DNA of 64,000 nt from positions 1,129,015 to 1,193,014 of the forward strand of contig MU054049.1 in NCBI GenBank assembly GCA_013239625.1. Reading direction: 5' to 3'. Source of the DNA: Lama guanicoe. Taxonomy: Eukaryota. Position 1 is the stretch's first letter; each line of letters opens with the position of its first letter. The notes beneath the pieces were generated by a model. That model had not been told where the DNA came from, made no database searches, and saw nothing but the letters and a program-made list of their open reading frames with translations. A program made the position numbers and the translations under genes. Below, piece after piece: positions 24,446 to 37,843 of this stretch.

Positions 24446-25999
24446 CGTGGACTTTACAGTCCACTCACGGAGGCCAACATGGAGAAAAATGAGATGATCA
24501 CAGCTGGTGAAGAGTGCCATGAGGGCACTGTGTCTCCTGAGATGGGATGTCAGGGGACTCGGGGGGGCAGAGGGGTGGGAGATGTCCTTCAGGGACCTGG
24601 GATCTGAAGGGTAAAAACCCAGGTCCTGTCGTCACATGTGATCTCACATCTCTGTTATGGCTGAGCATCCTGTCCCAGCTGAAGCTGCCTGCATGGGGCT
24701 GGGTCTGTCTCCTCCCCAGACGCTGCATTATAACCAAGACCTATAGGAGAGCTTTGTCGGGGAACCTCCAGCAACCCTGAGCCCTGCCAGGTCTCCCCCA
24801 GCCTCCCTTCTTGGCTCTAGGATGTGGCCGGCCCTGTCTCTCCCCTGTCCTTTTTCCAGGATGAATTGTAGCTGTCTCTCACCCGTGCTCCCGCTGCCCT
24901 CACACAGGCTGCCTGGGAGGCACTTTTCTATTTGCCGTCTGCCTCCCCCTCGATGGTCTCCGCACCAAGATGGGGGTCCCTGACTGCTTCCCCTGAAAGC
25001 TAGTGCAAAGCCCAGGGCCTGCTGCAGGGGAGCAGAGACCCCAGAGTCCCAGCTGGCCCACAGCTAGGCTCTTTCCTGGCCCCTCTGACTCCATGCTGCC
25101 TCGTTCTCAGCCCAACACTCTGGACTGAAATTTCCCACTTTCCAGCCAACTCTCTAAGCATCTGTGGGGTCCTCAAGGTCAAAAATGACGTCCTGTTTAT
25201 CTCTGGACTGCCCAGAGGACCAGGAGGGCTGGTCCCATGGGGGTACTTCACAAAGGTGGAACTGAATGGATGAATGAGTGAATAGATGAAGGAAGAAATG
25301 ATGAACTAAAGGAACCCTTGACAGTTTACAAACATGTTTTCTCAGTGTCTCGTCAAGAGCATAATAAATGATTGAGCACCACTGTGGCCGGGAGGGCGGG
25401 AGCTGAGCTTGGGCAGGAGGACCACCTGCCATCTCGGCCTGGGCACCAGTGGATGCCTGGCCTAGAAAAAGAGTGAGGATTGGAGATGGAAAAATAGAGG
25501 CTAAAAGGGCATGAGAGAGACAAAGAGAAAGTGTGGGCAATGTAAGGGGAGCAAGGACTGCAGACTGGCTGCCTGGCCAGGGTCCCCTCTTGGGATGGGG
25601 CCGGGTCCACAACTAAACACAGTTGGACCTTCCCACGACTGGCAGCCTGGCCGCAGGGGCCAACAGCCAGGAACACCCACCTGGTCAAGAGGTGGCTCTG
25701 GAGTAGGACAGACCAGCTCACATCCCAGCTCTGCCCAGACCCAGCATGAACTCCAGGAACTCTGTACAACTTTCTAAGCCTCAGTTTCCAAATCTGTAAA
25801 GTGCCAACGATTACATCCAATCCTGGCGGAGGGTTAAAAATGTCATGTGCAATGCATGCATGCATGCATTCCCTGAACTGGCTTCCTGGCGCTGCTGGTA
25901 AAAGCCAGGCTGGCCTCAGAGCCTTCTGGTCTACCAGCCTAGAGCCGTGGGCCACTGTCCCCACCAGGGACATTCCCCCCTGAAGCTGCCCTGTTCCCC

Positions 26000-26560
26000 A
26001 GCCTTCCATTCACTTACTCATTCACCGTCCACTGAGCACTGGTCATTTGGTGATTACTGTGTGTCTGGTGCTGGCGAAGGCCCTGGAGATGGAGCAGTGA
26101 TTACAAAAATCCCAGCCTGCAAGGGGATTGCATTCTACTTTGGAACACAAACAATAGATATGTCAGAAAAACACCTCTTAAATAAGGTACCTGCCTAAGG
26201 AGAAAGAAAAAAAAAAAACAAGTGAGGAAGGGGCCGTGAAGCATGGGGAAGAGAAACATGAGACAGGGTGACCAAGATAGCCTCGCCCAGAAGGTGACAT
26301 CTGCGAGCTGATGCAGTGAGGGCGTGAGCACTGGGTGTCAGGGAGAACATTCCAGCACACGCAGCAGCCAGGGCACATCCCTGAAGCAGAAGCCTGCTGC
26401 TCCGAGAAACAGCGAGAAGGCGACTGTGATTTGAGTCAGAGTGGTGGAGAGTGTCAGGGACAGGGTCTGAGTAGAAATGAAGGGAGGATCACAGGGAGTC
26501 TGTCACCCAGGGTGGCCAGGGGCCTTTGGGGAGCAGACCTGCAGAAGGGAGGGCAGCCTC
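26000..26560 (+). mobile_element. L2 fragment
   Basis: cattcacttactcattca...gaaggtgacatctg...gagaacattccagc. Confidence 0.7.
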
Positions 26561-27179
26561 TAAAAAAAATGGCAACAGTCTGGCCGGGTCTGACCAGGTG
26601 ATGCTGGCTTCACACCACGCACATCCTGGAAGGTACCTCCTGCCTTAGCGCTACAGGGCAGAGCACCCTCCCCAAGCTCCAGCCATTCATCTGGTCCCAG
26701 CGGCTCTGGACTCTCATATCCATGGGAGCTGCGCCTTGAGTCCAGGCACAGGGCTGTGTGCACATTAACCAACCAGGAGGTCCCCATCAAGCCTCCTCTC
26801 CCCATTTAGCTGAGGCCAGGTCCCCAGCAGGGACCCACTCCCGCCTCTTCTCAGAACAGCGCATCCCTGGCCAGGGAGAAATTCCAGCTGCCAGATGCCA
26901 GGCCGAGCCCGGGGCCATGCGTGGGGATCACCGTAAAAAATACCAGAGATGGCGAGCTTCGCCATTTCCTGTACAACGCGTAATTAGGTTAGATAAGAAA
27001 CTAGCTGTGTCTAAGTGCTATAAATGTCTATATTAAGCTCTTTGGAAAGTGCCGAGCACTTTGACATTTGAGAGTTCAGAGTAATTGAGGTATTGAAATA
27101 AAATTGCTTCTGTTATTTAAAAGGTCATTATCGTCTTCAGCTAGATATATGAGGACTATTTTCCACTCTACTGAGCCGT

Positions 27180-27400
27180 TCTCCCCGGCACAATTAGCAT
27201 CACTTGAGCAGAGGCCGGCAGGGGGACTCCCACCCGCAGCCCCCCGCCCGAGGCCCAGGGTAGCTGTGAAGGCGCGCGGCGCGCGAGGAGAGCAAAGGAA
27301 AGCCTCCGTCACCCAGCATCACCGCCAGCCTCCCGAGAGCTGTCTCCACGGTCCTCGCGTGGGTGATTTCTATGCAATCTGGCTCGTCCTCGCAGAAGGT
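27180..27400. promoter_or_regulatory. Small intergenic CpG-rich patch
   Basis: ggcgcgcggcgcgcgagg and other CpGs beside an AT-rich block. Confidence 0.5.
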
Positions 27401-28377
27401 CCTTGAGGACACCATCAGTGTCAGAACTTCGCAGAGGAAGACTTGAGGCCATCTTAAGTGAAGGAGCCGGGTGGGGGGCCAGCACTGCAACCCCCGACCT
27501 TCACCCTCGTTCACTGAGCACTCAGCATGCCCTGGGAGTCTGCTAGCCCTTTCCCATCCCGGCTCCTTGAAGCCTCATAACCATACATCCATTTCATAGA
27601 TGAGAAAACTGAGGCTTGGAAAGGTTCTGAAATGAAACAGCAAGACAGTGGCTGGAAAAGGCTTCAATTCTCAAGAATTTTAAGCATCTCTCCCAGTGCC
27701 TGACCCTTCTACACCCCACCCCCTGAAGTTCAGACAGTTCTGGCTCGTTCTATCACATCTTGACCCTCCTCCCCCACTGGCCTGTTGGTCCTCATGCCTT
27801 TAGGTTTCCTCTCAGAGATTAGAAAAGGAGTGGCCTCAGCGGGACCACTCAGATGGATTTAGACGAATGGTTCCTGGGATGGAGACACCGCTGAACGAGG
27901 GAGCTGGCCTGTGCGGAGATGCCAGAGGCCCGAGACCTTCACAAGTCCCCTGAGTCTGTCACATGGTGTCCTGGAGAGGATCCAAGTCAGGGACAGATGT
28001 CAAACTATGCTCTGCAAACATGACGACTAGAATGTTCCACCATAAAACACAAACACTACAGCTTCTCTCCAACTCTCCTTCAAGACATTTAGCTCCCCCC
28101 CACCACTGTTAAGAGAAATAACTAAAATGTTCTTCACTACAAATTAGATACCTAATTTAGTACTGAATTATATCCTTGGTTATTGTTGATTGAATATATC
28201 ACAATTTCTAAATGTCCCTCAAAGAGAACCTTGACTTGGCAAAGCCATCTTCATCTCAACAGTGAGGGACCCACAACTCTAGGGAGGGGAGAGATGGCAG
28301 GAAGTCAGCATTTCCGGGGCACCCATGGAGGTGTGTGAGGCCCTGTGATGGGTAATGATGAAAAACCTCTTTAAAAA

Positions 28378-28627
28378 AATGCATCCTTTGAAAGCAGGGT
28401 CTCAGACAGATATCTGTAGACCCAAATTCATAGCAGCTTTATTCACAGCGGCCAAAAAGTGGAGGTAACCCAAGGGTCTGTTGATGGATGACTGGGTAAA
28501 CAAACTGTAGTCAATACGTACAGTGGAATATTACTGAGCTTTAAAAAAGGAAGGAAATTCTGACATGTGCCGTGACACAGATGAAACTTCAAGTCATAAT
28601 GATGCGTGAAGTAAGCCAGTCACAATA
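28378..28627 (+). mobile_element. L1 fragment (L1MA/MB-type ORF2 end)
   Basis: ttcatagcagctttattcacag...tacagtggaatattactgagc...gtgaagtaagccagtcaca. Confidence 0.85.
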
Positions 28628-28629
28628 TC

Positions 28630-28960
28630 CTGACTCCGAATCGCCAGCCTCATTCTTCGTGTGCTTTGGGACCGTCATTAAGTAAAATAAGAGTTCCTAG
28701 AACAGTTGATCTGATAACCGAGATGCCAATTAACTGACCTCCAGGCAGGATACTCCGGACCAGGGGGTGATTCACATCCCAGCTGGATCAGAGCAGGATG
28801 GCGTAAGATTGCATCACACGATTCAGAACAGCGTGCGATTTAAAACATACGGATTGTTTATTTCTGGGATATTTCCATTGAATATTTTCAGAAGGCTGTT
28901 GCCCATGGGTAACTGAAAATACAGAGAGTGAAAGTATGGCTAAAGGACGGGGGGGAACTG
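28630..28960 (+). mobile_element. Tigger (Tigger2/MER28-like) DNA transposon 3' part
   Basis: gatctgataaccgag...gattgtttatttctggg...gggtaactgaaa...ggggaactg followed by TA. Confidence 0.75.
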
Positions 28961-30914
28961 TAATCCACTTCACGTTTGTCTCACTTGGGCTCATCTGTGC
29001 TTCCAAGTTCTATTTCTCTCTGTTACAAGATTGTTGCCAGCCGCAGAGTCCCACTGAATCGCTCAGAGGAGAACTGAGCCTGGCTGAACTTTACACGTGG
29101 CAGGGCAGGTGGTGACGTGGCATCACTGGGTATGAAAGGCCACTGAACAGGGACGAGGAACCAGAGAGGGGTGAACGGGCAGGGGGCACAGGGAGGCAGC
29201 GCCTTCTGTTAAGTGACTTGGGAGGGCTAGAGGGGTTGGAAATTAGACCAACCGCTGGCTCTTTCTCAGAGAGAGTATTGGAAAATAATCGTGTTGAATT
29301 TGGGGGAGACACAGTCCACCAGGAACACCCTATGTAAAGCGTAAGTAACTTACAGACAGGAACTGCTCTCACTACCTTGCTCCAGAGTTGAGATTTCATC
29401 TGGGGAGGTCCCATAGTGTGAAAGCCTCTATACGTGAGCCTGAAACTGTCCAGATGCACAGGCCAGGAATCTCCCGAGGAAGCCAGGGACTCTGCCCCAG
29501 GCCCAAGACCTCGGCTGCGGTCTTCCGATGGCCATGGTCCCAGCTGTTGCCGGGGGCTCGGAGACTGTGGGGCCAGCCCTGAGCCGGCCTGGTCTTGCCC
29601 CACAGAAGAGGTGCCTCTGCAGGTCCCTGAGGTGGTGGACCGACCCCCCACCCCAGGATTCCCATTGAGCACCTCCCCCCCACCACCACCGGGCCTGACC
29701 ACAGCCGGAGGGTGCTGCCAGCCATTGCGGCCTCGTCACCCCCCAGACGAGGGTGTTATTTCAGGCTGTTGTTTGATGGAAACTGGCAGAGGGGGCTGCC
29801 AACTGGATAAATATAGCAGTGCCTTTCTGCTGAGTCGTGGAAGCTCTGGATGATGTGGTTTGAGGCCCAGGATTTGGATGCCTTTAAAGAGGAACAAAAT
29901 CTAAAGGAAAAAATAATTCTCCTCCGTGTGGGTTGTGTGTTTTGTTTTGTTTTGTTTTGTTTTCAGAGCACTATCCCCATCTTTCACTGTTTGCTCTTTT
30001 CCTAAGTATTGAGAAGTAGGCTCTGGGACAAGCTGCAGGGACAGCCCGGTGACAAAGCAGACAAGGGTCTGCCCTTGGTGGCATTATTTAATTGTCCTGC
30101 TCACCAAGGGACAGCAGTCTGAGGAGTGTAACTGGGAGCTGGAGACGGATCACAGGGCTCGGGGAAGGTCCTGGAGCGCTCTCTCTGCTCCGGGCCTGCT
30201 GCTCCATGTGTTCACTTGTCAGATAAACATGAGCAGATGTTTTTATCCCCAGCTAAGCTGAGCACAAGCTGATGGGAGAGGCAGCCCTGGGGAGCGAGAC
30301 GTCCCAGCATGAGCGCTCCCAGTCCTGGGCCTGTGGGGGGCAAGCCCCTCTCAGAACCCTCCACCTGCCTGTCCCTGCCCTGCTGGCATCCCAGGCCCAC
30401 ACTGAGGGCTGGTGATTGTGACCCCAGCCCTGCCGTCTCTCCCAGGGGTGGATTTGTTCTGCACAGGAAGGTGGCTCCTTAAATCCTGTTGGTCCTGGCC
30501 CTTTTCCACGTGAGGACACTGCAGGTCAGAGAGCGCAAGTGGTTTCTCACAGACACACAGCAAGGAAAAGGCCAGTCCAGGATCTGGACCGGATCTTCTG
30601 ACTCTAAATCCTATACTCATGTTATCAGGTGAGAAAAGCTAGAGCCTGGGCTGGAGAGATGGCTTGGATGGGATTGCTTGTTTCACAGGCTGCTTATGGC
30701 CCATGACACTTTACTGGCCAATGGAATGAAGAGGCGGGGAGAGAGGGAGAGAAGATGATAAGAAGAGAAATGGAGAGATTTGGGCTAAGGTTGGGTGAGG
30801 AAGGGCCTGTGTGGGTTTCAGGGAGGCAGAGGAACTGGCTGTGAAGGAGCAGGGAGCAGAGGTCCCTGTGATGCAGGGACCCGTGGAGGCAAGGAGGTCC
30901 GCATGTTCGCAGTG

Positions 30915-30933
30915 TGGCCACCAGATGGCGCTG
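30915..30933 (+). promoter_or_regulatory. CTCF motif TGGCCACCAGATGGCGCTG
   Basis: essentially consensus CTCF core. Confidence 0.7.
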
Positions 30934-33378
30934 TCAATCCCGAAGAGCGGGGCTGCTGTCCAGAGTCCCGCCCAGAGACAGAGGTGGGAGAAGCGGCCTC
31001 TGAGGGAGCGGCCAGGGAAGGGGCAAGGACACCGTGTCACCACCATGCCCACATCTGTTAACTCAGGAAGTCCCGAGCCCTGGATGACGTTCCTTCCTGC
31101 CAGTCATGTGCTGTCAATGATTGAGCCAGCCGTAAACAGAAGGGGTTTGTAAAATTAGCCAAGTTCTCTTCTTTATTCACATATCCATAAACCATGTGGA
31201 TAGTTATTCACAAAATATCCCAATCTGTCCAAATCAAGGGAACAAATCAGAGACAGAAGTAACCAGACTGCCGAGCCCCCTTCTCACTGGGGATGAGACT
31301 GGGAAGAATTTCAGGATTAGGGACTTGAAGTGGAGAACTTCTCTCTGCAGTGTGTCTCCCTGCTCTCTCTGGCATCTCAAGTGAACTTTTTTACTGTAGT
31401 CTTCTCCTAACATGGCAGTGGCTTGAGTTCCTCATGATAAAATAGTGTGATCTCAAGCGCTGGCTGTGAGGGAAAGCATGGCAGGGTGTGGTGTTCGTGG
31501 CTGTGGTCAGGATGGGGCGTTGGCCTCGGAGGGGCGTGAGGGATGCTTGGTGCGGGGGATGGCTGGTGGGCATGCAAAGAGGGAGAGAGGGTGGCACTTA
31601 GAGAAAGCCATCACGGAAGAGCCGAGTGGGGGGAAAGGTGATTAGAGGGCAGCCTAGGGAGAGCAACTGGGTGAGTCGGGGGATCAGGTTGGAAAAAGGG
31701 AAAGGACGCCTGTGTCAAAAGGTGTGGTGGATGGTAACACATCCTCTGCAGGGGAACACACGCTCAGCAATGATACCCAGAGGCCTGGAGCAGAGCTGAG
31801 CTCGGGGATGAGGCTGCAGGCTGCCAGTGGAGGCTGAGAGGTGAGAGGGGCAGCCTGGTGAGCGCAGACTCCTGGGTAGTGGAGGAAGGACAAGAGGAGA
31901 TGGCTTGGGAGGGGGGCCACCCAGGTTGAGAAATGCACGTCACTCCGAAGAGTGAAGGAGAAGCTGAAGATATCAAAAACGAGAGAGGATCCCTGGTGAA
32001 GGAGACCCCTGAAGAACCAGGAGACAGAAGCCAGGAGAGATGGAAGGATGAGTGGGAGCAGAGCGAGACGTTTTAAATAACTTGAGGTTGGCCCTGGGCT
32101 GGGCGGGGGCCATCACGGGGTTCTCAGAACTGGGGTGCCCTGAGTCCTGGGAGCACACAATGGGCTGAGGAAGGACAGGGATGGAGGAAATCCTGCAAGG
32201 AGAAGGCTGGGCAGCCCTGACCCTTACCAAAGCCAGAGACCAGCCCTGCAGAGGGCCAGGGTTCCCCCAGCCAGGAGGAGGAGGGTGGGAACAGATAGGC
32301 TTCCTGGAGCCAGAGCTTGGCGGTGGGGGTGGGGGCTCTGGCTGGATGCATGGAGGTCACTGCGCTGACTCTGCCACCAACTGGCAGCTCCCTTCCTGTC
32401 TCTTTTATTCCTCCAGCCACAAAGTGACCGGCTTGCTCGTGATGCTCCTGGGGGATCTTGCAGTTAGGACCCTGGCACAGAGTCTCTAAGCGGCCCATCC
32501 TTAGTGGATCATGGATCCCTTTAGAAAACGGAAGACAGAGCATCTGACTCTCAGGTACACGGTGCAAACTTCTGCATAAAAGTCCCTGGGTGTTTGTGGA
32601 TTCCCTAAGACCCACCCGTAGACCAGGAGTCTGGGGTTCTAATCATACTCATAAACAGGAAGCCGTAACACCCAACCGCCCCACCGGCCAGAAAGCCGTA
32701 ATAAAGGGAAACAAGGCTCGTGCTCTCAGCAGCAGCGATGGCCCCCGCCCACACCAGCTCCTAATGAGTTTTTCTCCTGTTTGCCGATGGAGGACACTTG
32801 TAATAAAGTTTAATGTGGAAGAACAAGGTGTATTTAACCAAAGCTGTAAACATCTCTAATTCTATTTAAAACTATAGGGTGCAGTCATTAACATTTAACA
32901 ATCAGACACGCAATTTGGTGTGAAGCTAGTTGAGCCGTGTTTATTAGAAAGCCGGCACCAAGTCATCTTTTATCAATGACAACAGAAGGAGCAGAAACCT
33001 GCTGTGGCTGCCCTCCCACCCCACCCTATGCATTAATTAAGAGTCTTCTCCAAATCTTCCACCCCATGGAAAGACACCGACTGCCTTGGAGAAAAATCTG
33101 CTGAGCAGGGCAGACGTGGCTCAGCAGGGATGTCTGTTAGGTTTGGGCACCCAGGGAGTCGTTTGCCCCAGAAAAACAAATCTTTTTTAAAAATGTGAAA
33201 TGAACAATTAATTAAGAATGAGAAAAGGGTCAACCTTGATTCTACTTGATCACTGCAGAGTTCACACCACCGCTGAGTCCTTCCTCCTTCCAGAAACTTC
33301 CAGACACAACTCCCCTCCGACTCCTCCAATGGCTTGCTCTGCTCTGGTCTCCTTCAGGCTCCTCGCCTGCCTCCGGAC

Positions 33379-33397
33379 CCGCCAGCAGGGGGCGCTC
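33379..33397 (+). promoter_or_regulatory. CTCF motif CCGCCAGCAGGGGGCGCTC
   Basis: essentially consensus CTCF core. Confidence 0.7.
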
Positions 33398-33561
33398 CCA
33401 CCACTCAGGCGCCTGCTCAGCTTCCGTCCTGGCTGGGCTGCCTGTCTCTGGGGAGTTTGCTCAGTCAGGGCTTCAGCTGTGACTTATGATCTGAAGACAT
33501 CCTCATTCCCCCCAGGGGCTCCAGATCCACATTCCCCAGCCCCCGACCCCCAGTTTACATC

Positions 33562-33715
33562 CCTGCTACTCAAAGTGCAGTCCAGAGACCAGAAGCATGG
33601 TCATTCCCTGGGAGCTTGTTAGAAACACAGATTCCTCGGCCCCCACGCAGACTTCCTGAACCACAGTACAGTTTAACAAGGTCCAGGTCCTTCGTGCACA
33701 CATTAAACTGTAGGG
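33562..33715. mobile_element. MER5-family element
   Basis: ctactcaaagtg...tgggagcttgttagaaacacagattcctcggcccca...tttaacaagg. Confidence 0.8.
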
Positions 33716-36700
33716 AGCAATAACCTGTCCTATCCATCTGGACACCCCCCTGTGGCTCAAGTTCAACATGTCCATACTGAAGGCAGACTCTTCCTCCAAA
33801 CCATGTCTTCTTTGTTTTCCAACCCCGTGAACAGCTTCTATTGGGTGTAGGGAGTGAAGGGGAGCTGGGATTGGTGGTGTGTGGCTGCCTCATCTTACAG
33901 TGGGCTCCCTCCCTGGGTCAGGGATACTGGAAGGACATCCTGTTCTAGGTAGAAGCCAGCCAAAACTTCAGGGTCAGCCGGCACAAAAAGGCTCCCTCCG
34001 ACATCCACGTGACAGGGCTCACTCGAATCTCGACCCGGTGCCCTTCCCCTGCTGTCGCCAGCACTGCTCAGTACTGCCAGGGACCCTACTCCAAACCTAA
34101 GGGCCCCTCCCTTAGGAGAGCATCAGTCCTGAAGCCAGATGGTACCTCTCCACGGAGAAGGGCATCTTTGGAGCCCAGCGAGGGCCCACTCAGGGAGAAT
34201 CAGAGCATGCCAGGAACAAGTTCAGTTTTGGAAATGGTGCAACTGGGCTTCTTGGGTGGTGACCCTCGGGGTAATTCTTTGGCAGCTTTGATTTTATCAG
34301 TCAGAATTCTCTCTACTGCAATCTGACAAGCTTGAGCAAAACCAAGATTCTGGCAGTAGAAAAATAGGCTGGTTGATTGGATCAAAAGATGATCTGAAGG
34401 AAAGAGAGTCGGGGATTTCAGAGCCTGCGAGCTGGGATTCTGCACTGCCAGGACCCTGTCCTCCCTGCCACTTGCTCAGCATCTCCCTCGTTCTCCAAGG
34501 CTGCTCTGCTCGGCAGGAGATGTTGCTGTAGATAGATCTGTGTGCACCCCAGCTCAGCTGCCCAAGGGGAGGATGATTTCTTTCTCCTAAGAATTCTGTT
34601 CAGCCCAGACTGGGCCTCGTGCATGCTTTAGCCCATTTTTCTGTGGCCTGGGACATGAGTCCCATTCGTGGCCCAGCCTTGCTTGTAGTCATGTGCACCA
34701 GGGGCTGAGTGATGAACAAGGCTGTGAGTGGTCCCTAAAAGCAACCACTGCTTTAGCGTTCTTATCCCAAGTGAGTCTTTGGGCTTCTCGCGATGTGGGA
34801 TGAACCCAATGACTATGCACTAAAAAAAATGAAGTGCCCCATGTCGTTTTCCCGCCAACAAATATCAGGGGAGGATTAAGCTTGGCTTTCTCTTAAATGC
34901 CCTGTGAGTTACCAGAGTCACAATGATTTAACGAAGAGATGATCTTAAAGGAATCTCAACTCTGTCCTCCCTCAGCCGCTTTAGTTCAGGGGCTGAGGCT
35001 TTGATTTAGCAAGACAATTTCATTCAGAGGGATTCCCCTCTTGCCCCCTTCCTGGCTTCCTGTGATAATTCCATGTTATGCATGGCAAGGCCCAAACTCA
35101 CCAGCAAATCTGAGAGTATGTGCACTCTGCCTGCAGAAGCCCCTGCATTCTGAGCTCTTCTGTAACTCCATTCAGATGTCCAGGCAATTGTCCATGTTGA
35201 AAACTGCTTCTATAGAGTTGTCCCCAGGGGTTCCTTCCAGCAAAAACAGACTGAAGGACTTTTCCTACTTTCTGATTGAATGACACATTTTCCCTTACCT
35301 TTAGAAATGTCAGCACAGGCTTAGTGGTGTATTTGCAAACAAACGAATAAGTAGACCCATTTTTAAAAAAAGTTTATCATGATAACAAAGTCAAGATTTA
35401 TCACCCCAAAGAAGCACCAGGTATCAGTCATCCCTTGCTCTCAGTTCTGAGCAGAGTTTGGATGGTTTGCTTCGAGAGATCACGGTGGGGCAAGCTCTGC
35501 TTCGATGTTGCCAAGAGCTTCCATGATTCCCCTGGGAAGCCTCTTTGGTAGGGGGTGATGGTCTGGCAGCTGCCTTTACACCCTATGCCAGCAAGCCCCC
35601 GACTCACACACCTGCGTGTGCGTGGATGCAGTTCTGACCAGTTTTGGAGAAAGAGTCTGAATTGAATCTATAACAGTGACTTGTTAGACGTAACCTAGAG
35701 CTACTAGTTCTTAAAATCTTGCGCTCTTCTTAGAATGCATTTATTTCCATGTGTGATGACACTAGGCTCCCAATGACTGTAAGGTGGGGGGCCTGGGGTG
35801 ACTGAAGTTCAATCCAGTTCTTCACAGGTCTGGGGGCCTCCTACCTCACTGCCATCTCTTCGCCATCTCCTCCACTCCCTCCGGGGACCCTGAGGGCCCC
35901 ACTGGCCCACAGAGCTCCTTGAGCACATAAGGAAACCACCCTCCTTCCTCAAAACACCATGTAACCATGCTCTGCTGGAAGACGGCCACGATAGAACACG
36001 ACAGGATGCCGAGGGTGACTATGATAGGATGCTAACATAATTACAGGAATGATGTCCCAGCTATACATCCTCCAGTCCTAAAGAGATGCTCTTGGAAGAT
36101 CCAGTGAGTTCTTCTTCCAAAGCTGCAGAGTTTACTCACTACCTCTGAAGTCTGGCAGAAAGGGAGGGAATGGAGCCAGGGGAGGCCGGAGAGGAAGACT
36201 TCCTCTTTGTAAAGTCAGCCTGTTTTTGCTTCTGGATCATCATTACCTGCTCCCGATTTGGACCCTTTCCAGTAAACCACGAGAGGCACCTGTGAGCTAC
36301 CATGGGTCTCTGGGAGTGTTACTCTAGGGCTAAGTTCATGGACAAATATTTACTTTTTAAAGTTATTGCAATGAGAGCCTTAAATAGTAAAGAGATTTTC
36401 ATTTTTGAAAACATGAACTGGCTTTAGCATGAATTAACATGGTGTATTTGTGTAGCAATGTACAGTGTCCAGAATCCTGCAACAGTCATTATCCCACGAC
36501 ACGAATTCTATGAGAGGTTAACTCACCTTTTCTACAGACACGGAGTCTGAGGCAATTAGGGGGTAAGAAACTCCACCAAGTTCACATAGCTATACAGAGG
36601 GGGTATGACTCAAGGTTGTCTTTAAAATATATAATTTACCATATATACATGGTCCATTACAAAGCCAAACAACTTCTATAGTGTGCGGTGAAAAACCGCC

Positions 36701-37843
36701 GAGCACTCACACATCAAGAAGTGTCCTTAACAGCACAGTTGACAGTATGGCTGTGTTCCAGAATGGATTCGCCTCCAGGGAGATCCTGGATGTTGAACAG
36801 GTCCACAGAGCAACTTCCCCAGGGAGCTAGATGCCACGCCTCCCAGCCTCCCTCCCCCGCAAGGGCATTAGAATTCACATGCATAGTTGAGTTGGGCAAG
36901 GCACTCTGTAACACGGGGGTGTTCGGGACACAGTTTTCCAACTCAGCTTGTATTTCCTACTGTCCTACTATTGGGGAACCAGGCAGAAGACTTTGCTTTC
37001 ACACAAGTGGACATTCAGTTAAGAGCTGGTAACCTTGACACCCTTCCCAGAGGCCTTCCATCCTGTTGATCAATGGAAAACTCCCCAGCGCCCTTGGAAG
37101 AGGGTGAGTGAGAACTTCTTGGAGAATGTAAATTTCTCCACCTGCAGAAGCCCCACTGCGGGAGGGGTGCAGGCCCTTAGAATGGACAGCGCTCTACTCG
37201 TCCTGCGGCCTTGGGTGATAATGGGTAGGGAATTGGACACCGGGGTTTTCAGACAGTTCACTGTCAGCTTAGACCTCAGACTTGCCCACAGTCTTTCTCT
37301 TGGCCTCTAAATCGCCAGTGTTGATGCATCTATTTAAAACAAGAGATGCGATCTTGAGCAACCGCCTTCGATAAGCACTTTGCGCTGTTCTGGGTGCCCC
37401 GGCAATGTTCTCTGATCCTTTGAAAACCAGTTAGTATCTTATCTACCATCTCACACTTGGTCCTGTAATGGCATTTCCTCCAGCTATATACTATGAGCTT
37501 GCTATCACAGGTACAGGAAGAGTAGAAGATTAAAAGTAAGATTTTTAAAAGGGTTAAAACAAACTGAAAGCCAGAGAAAGAAGAAGAAAACATAAAGGGG
37601 TTTGGCTCAGCAGAGAATCTCCTTGGGTGGTCTCAGAATCAGAGTCCTCACCCGTCAGGGCTCAGACCCAGAAAATCTTGTCCTGGGAGATCTGTCTTTT
37701 GCAGAGAGGAGCCTCGTACCTCTCCAAAGACACCTGGGATGTCATTGGAAAAGGGCTCCCACCCACACAGAAGGCATAAGTGAAAATACAAAAATAAGGA
37801 TCTTGTATCCAAGGTTTCATAAATAACTGGGGTGGCGGATGGG

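Larger units (their letters stand above)
32940..37843 (-). other. VSTM4: Probable long VSTM4 3'UTR; 3' end uncertain
   Basis: downstream of the TAA; minus-strand AATAAA candidates at 35740-35745, 32940-32945 and 31172-31177. Confidence 0.45.

Noticed and set aside
29091..29853. 203-aa and 139-aa ORFs in the intergenic region
   Set aside because: No recognisable homology or supported splice structure; composition typical of GC-rich non-coding DNA
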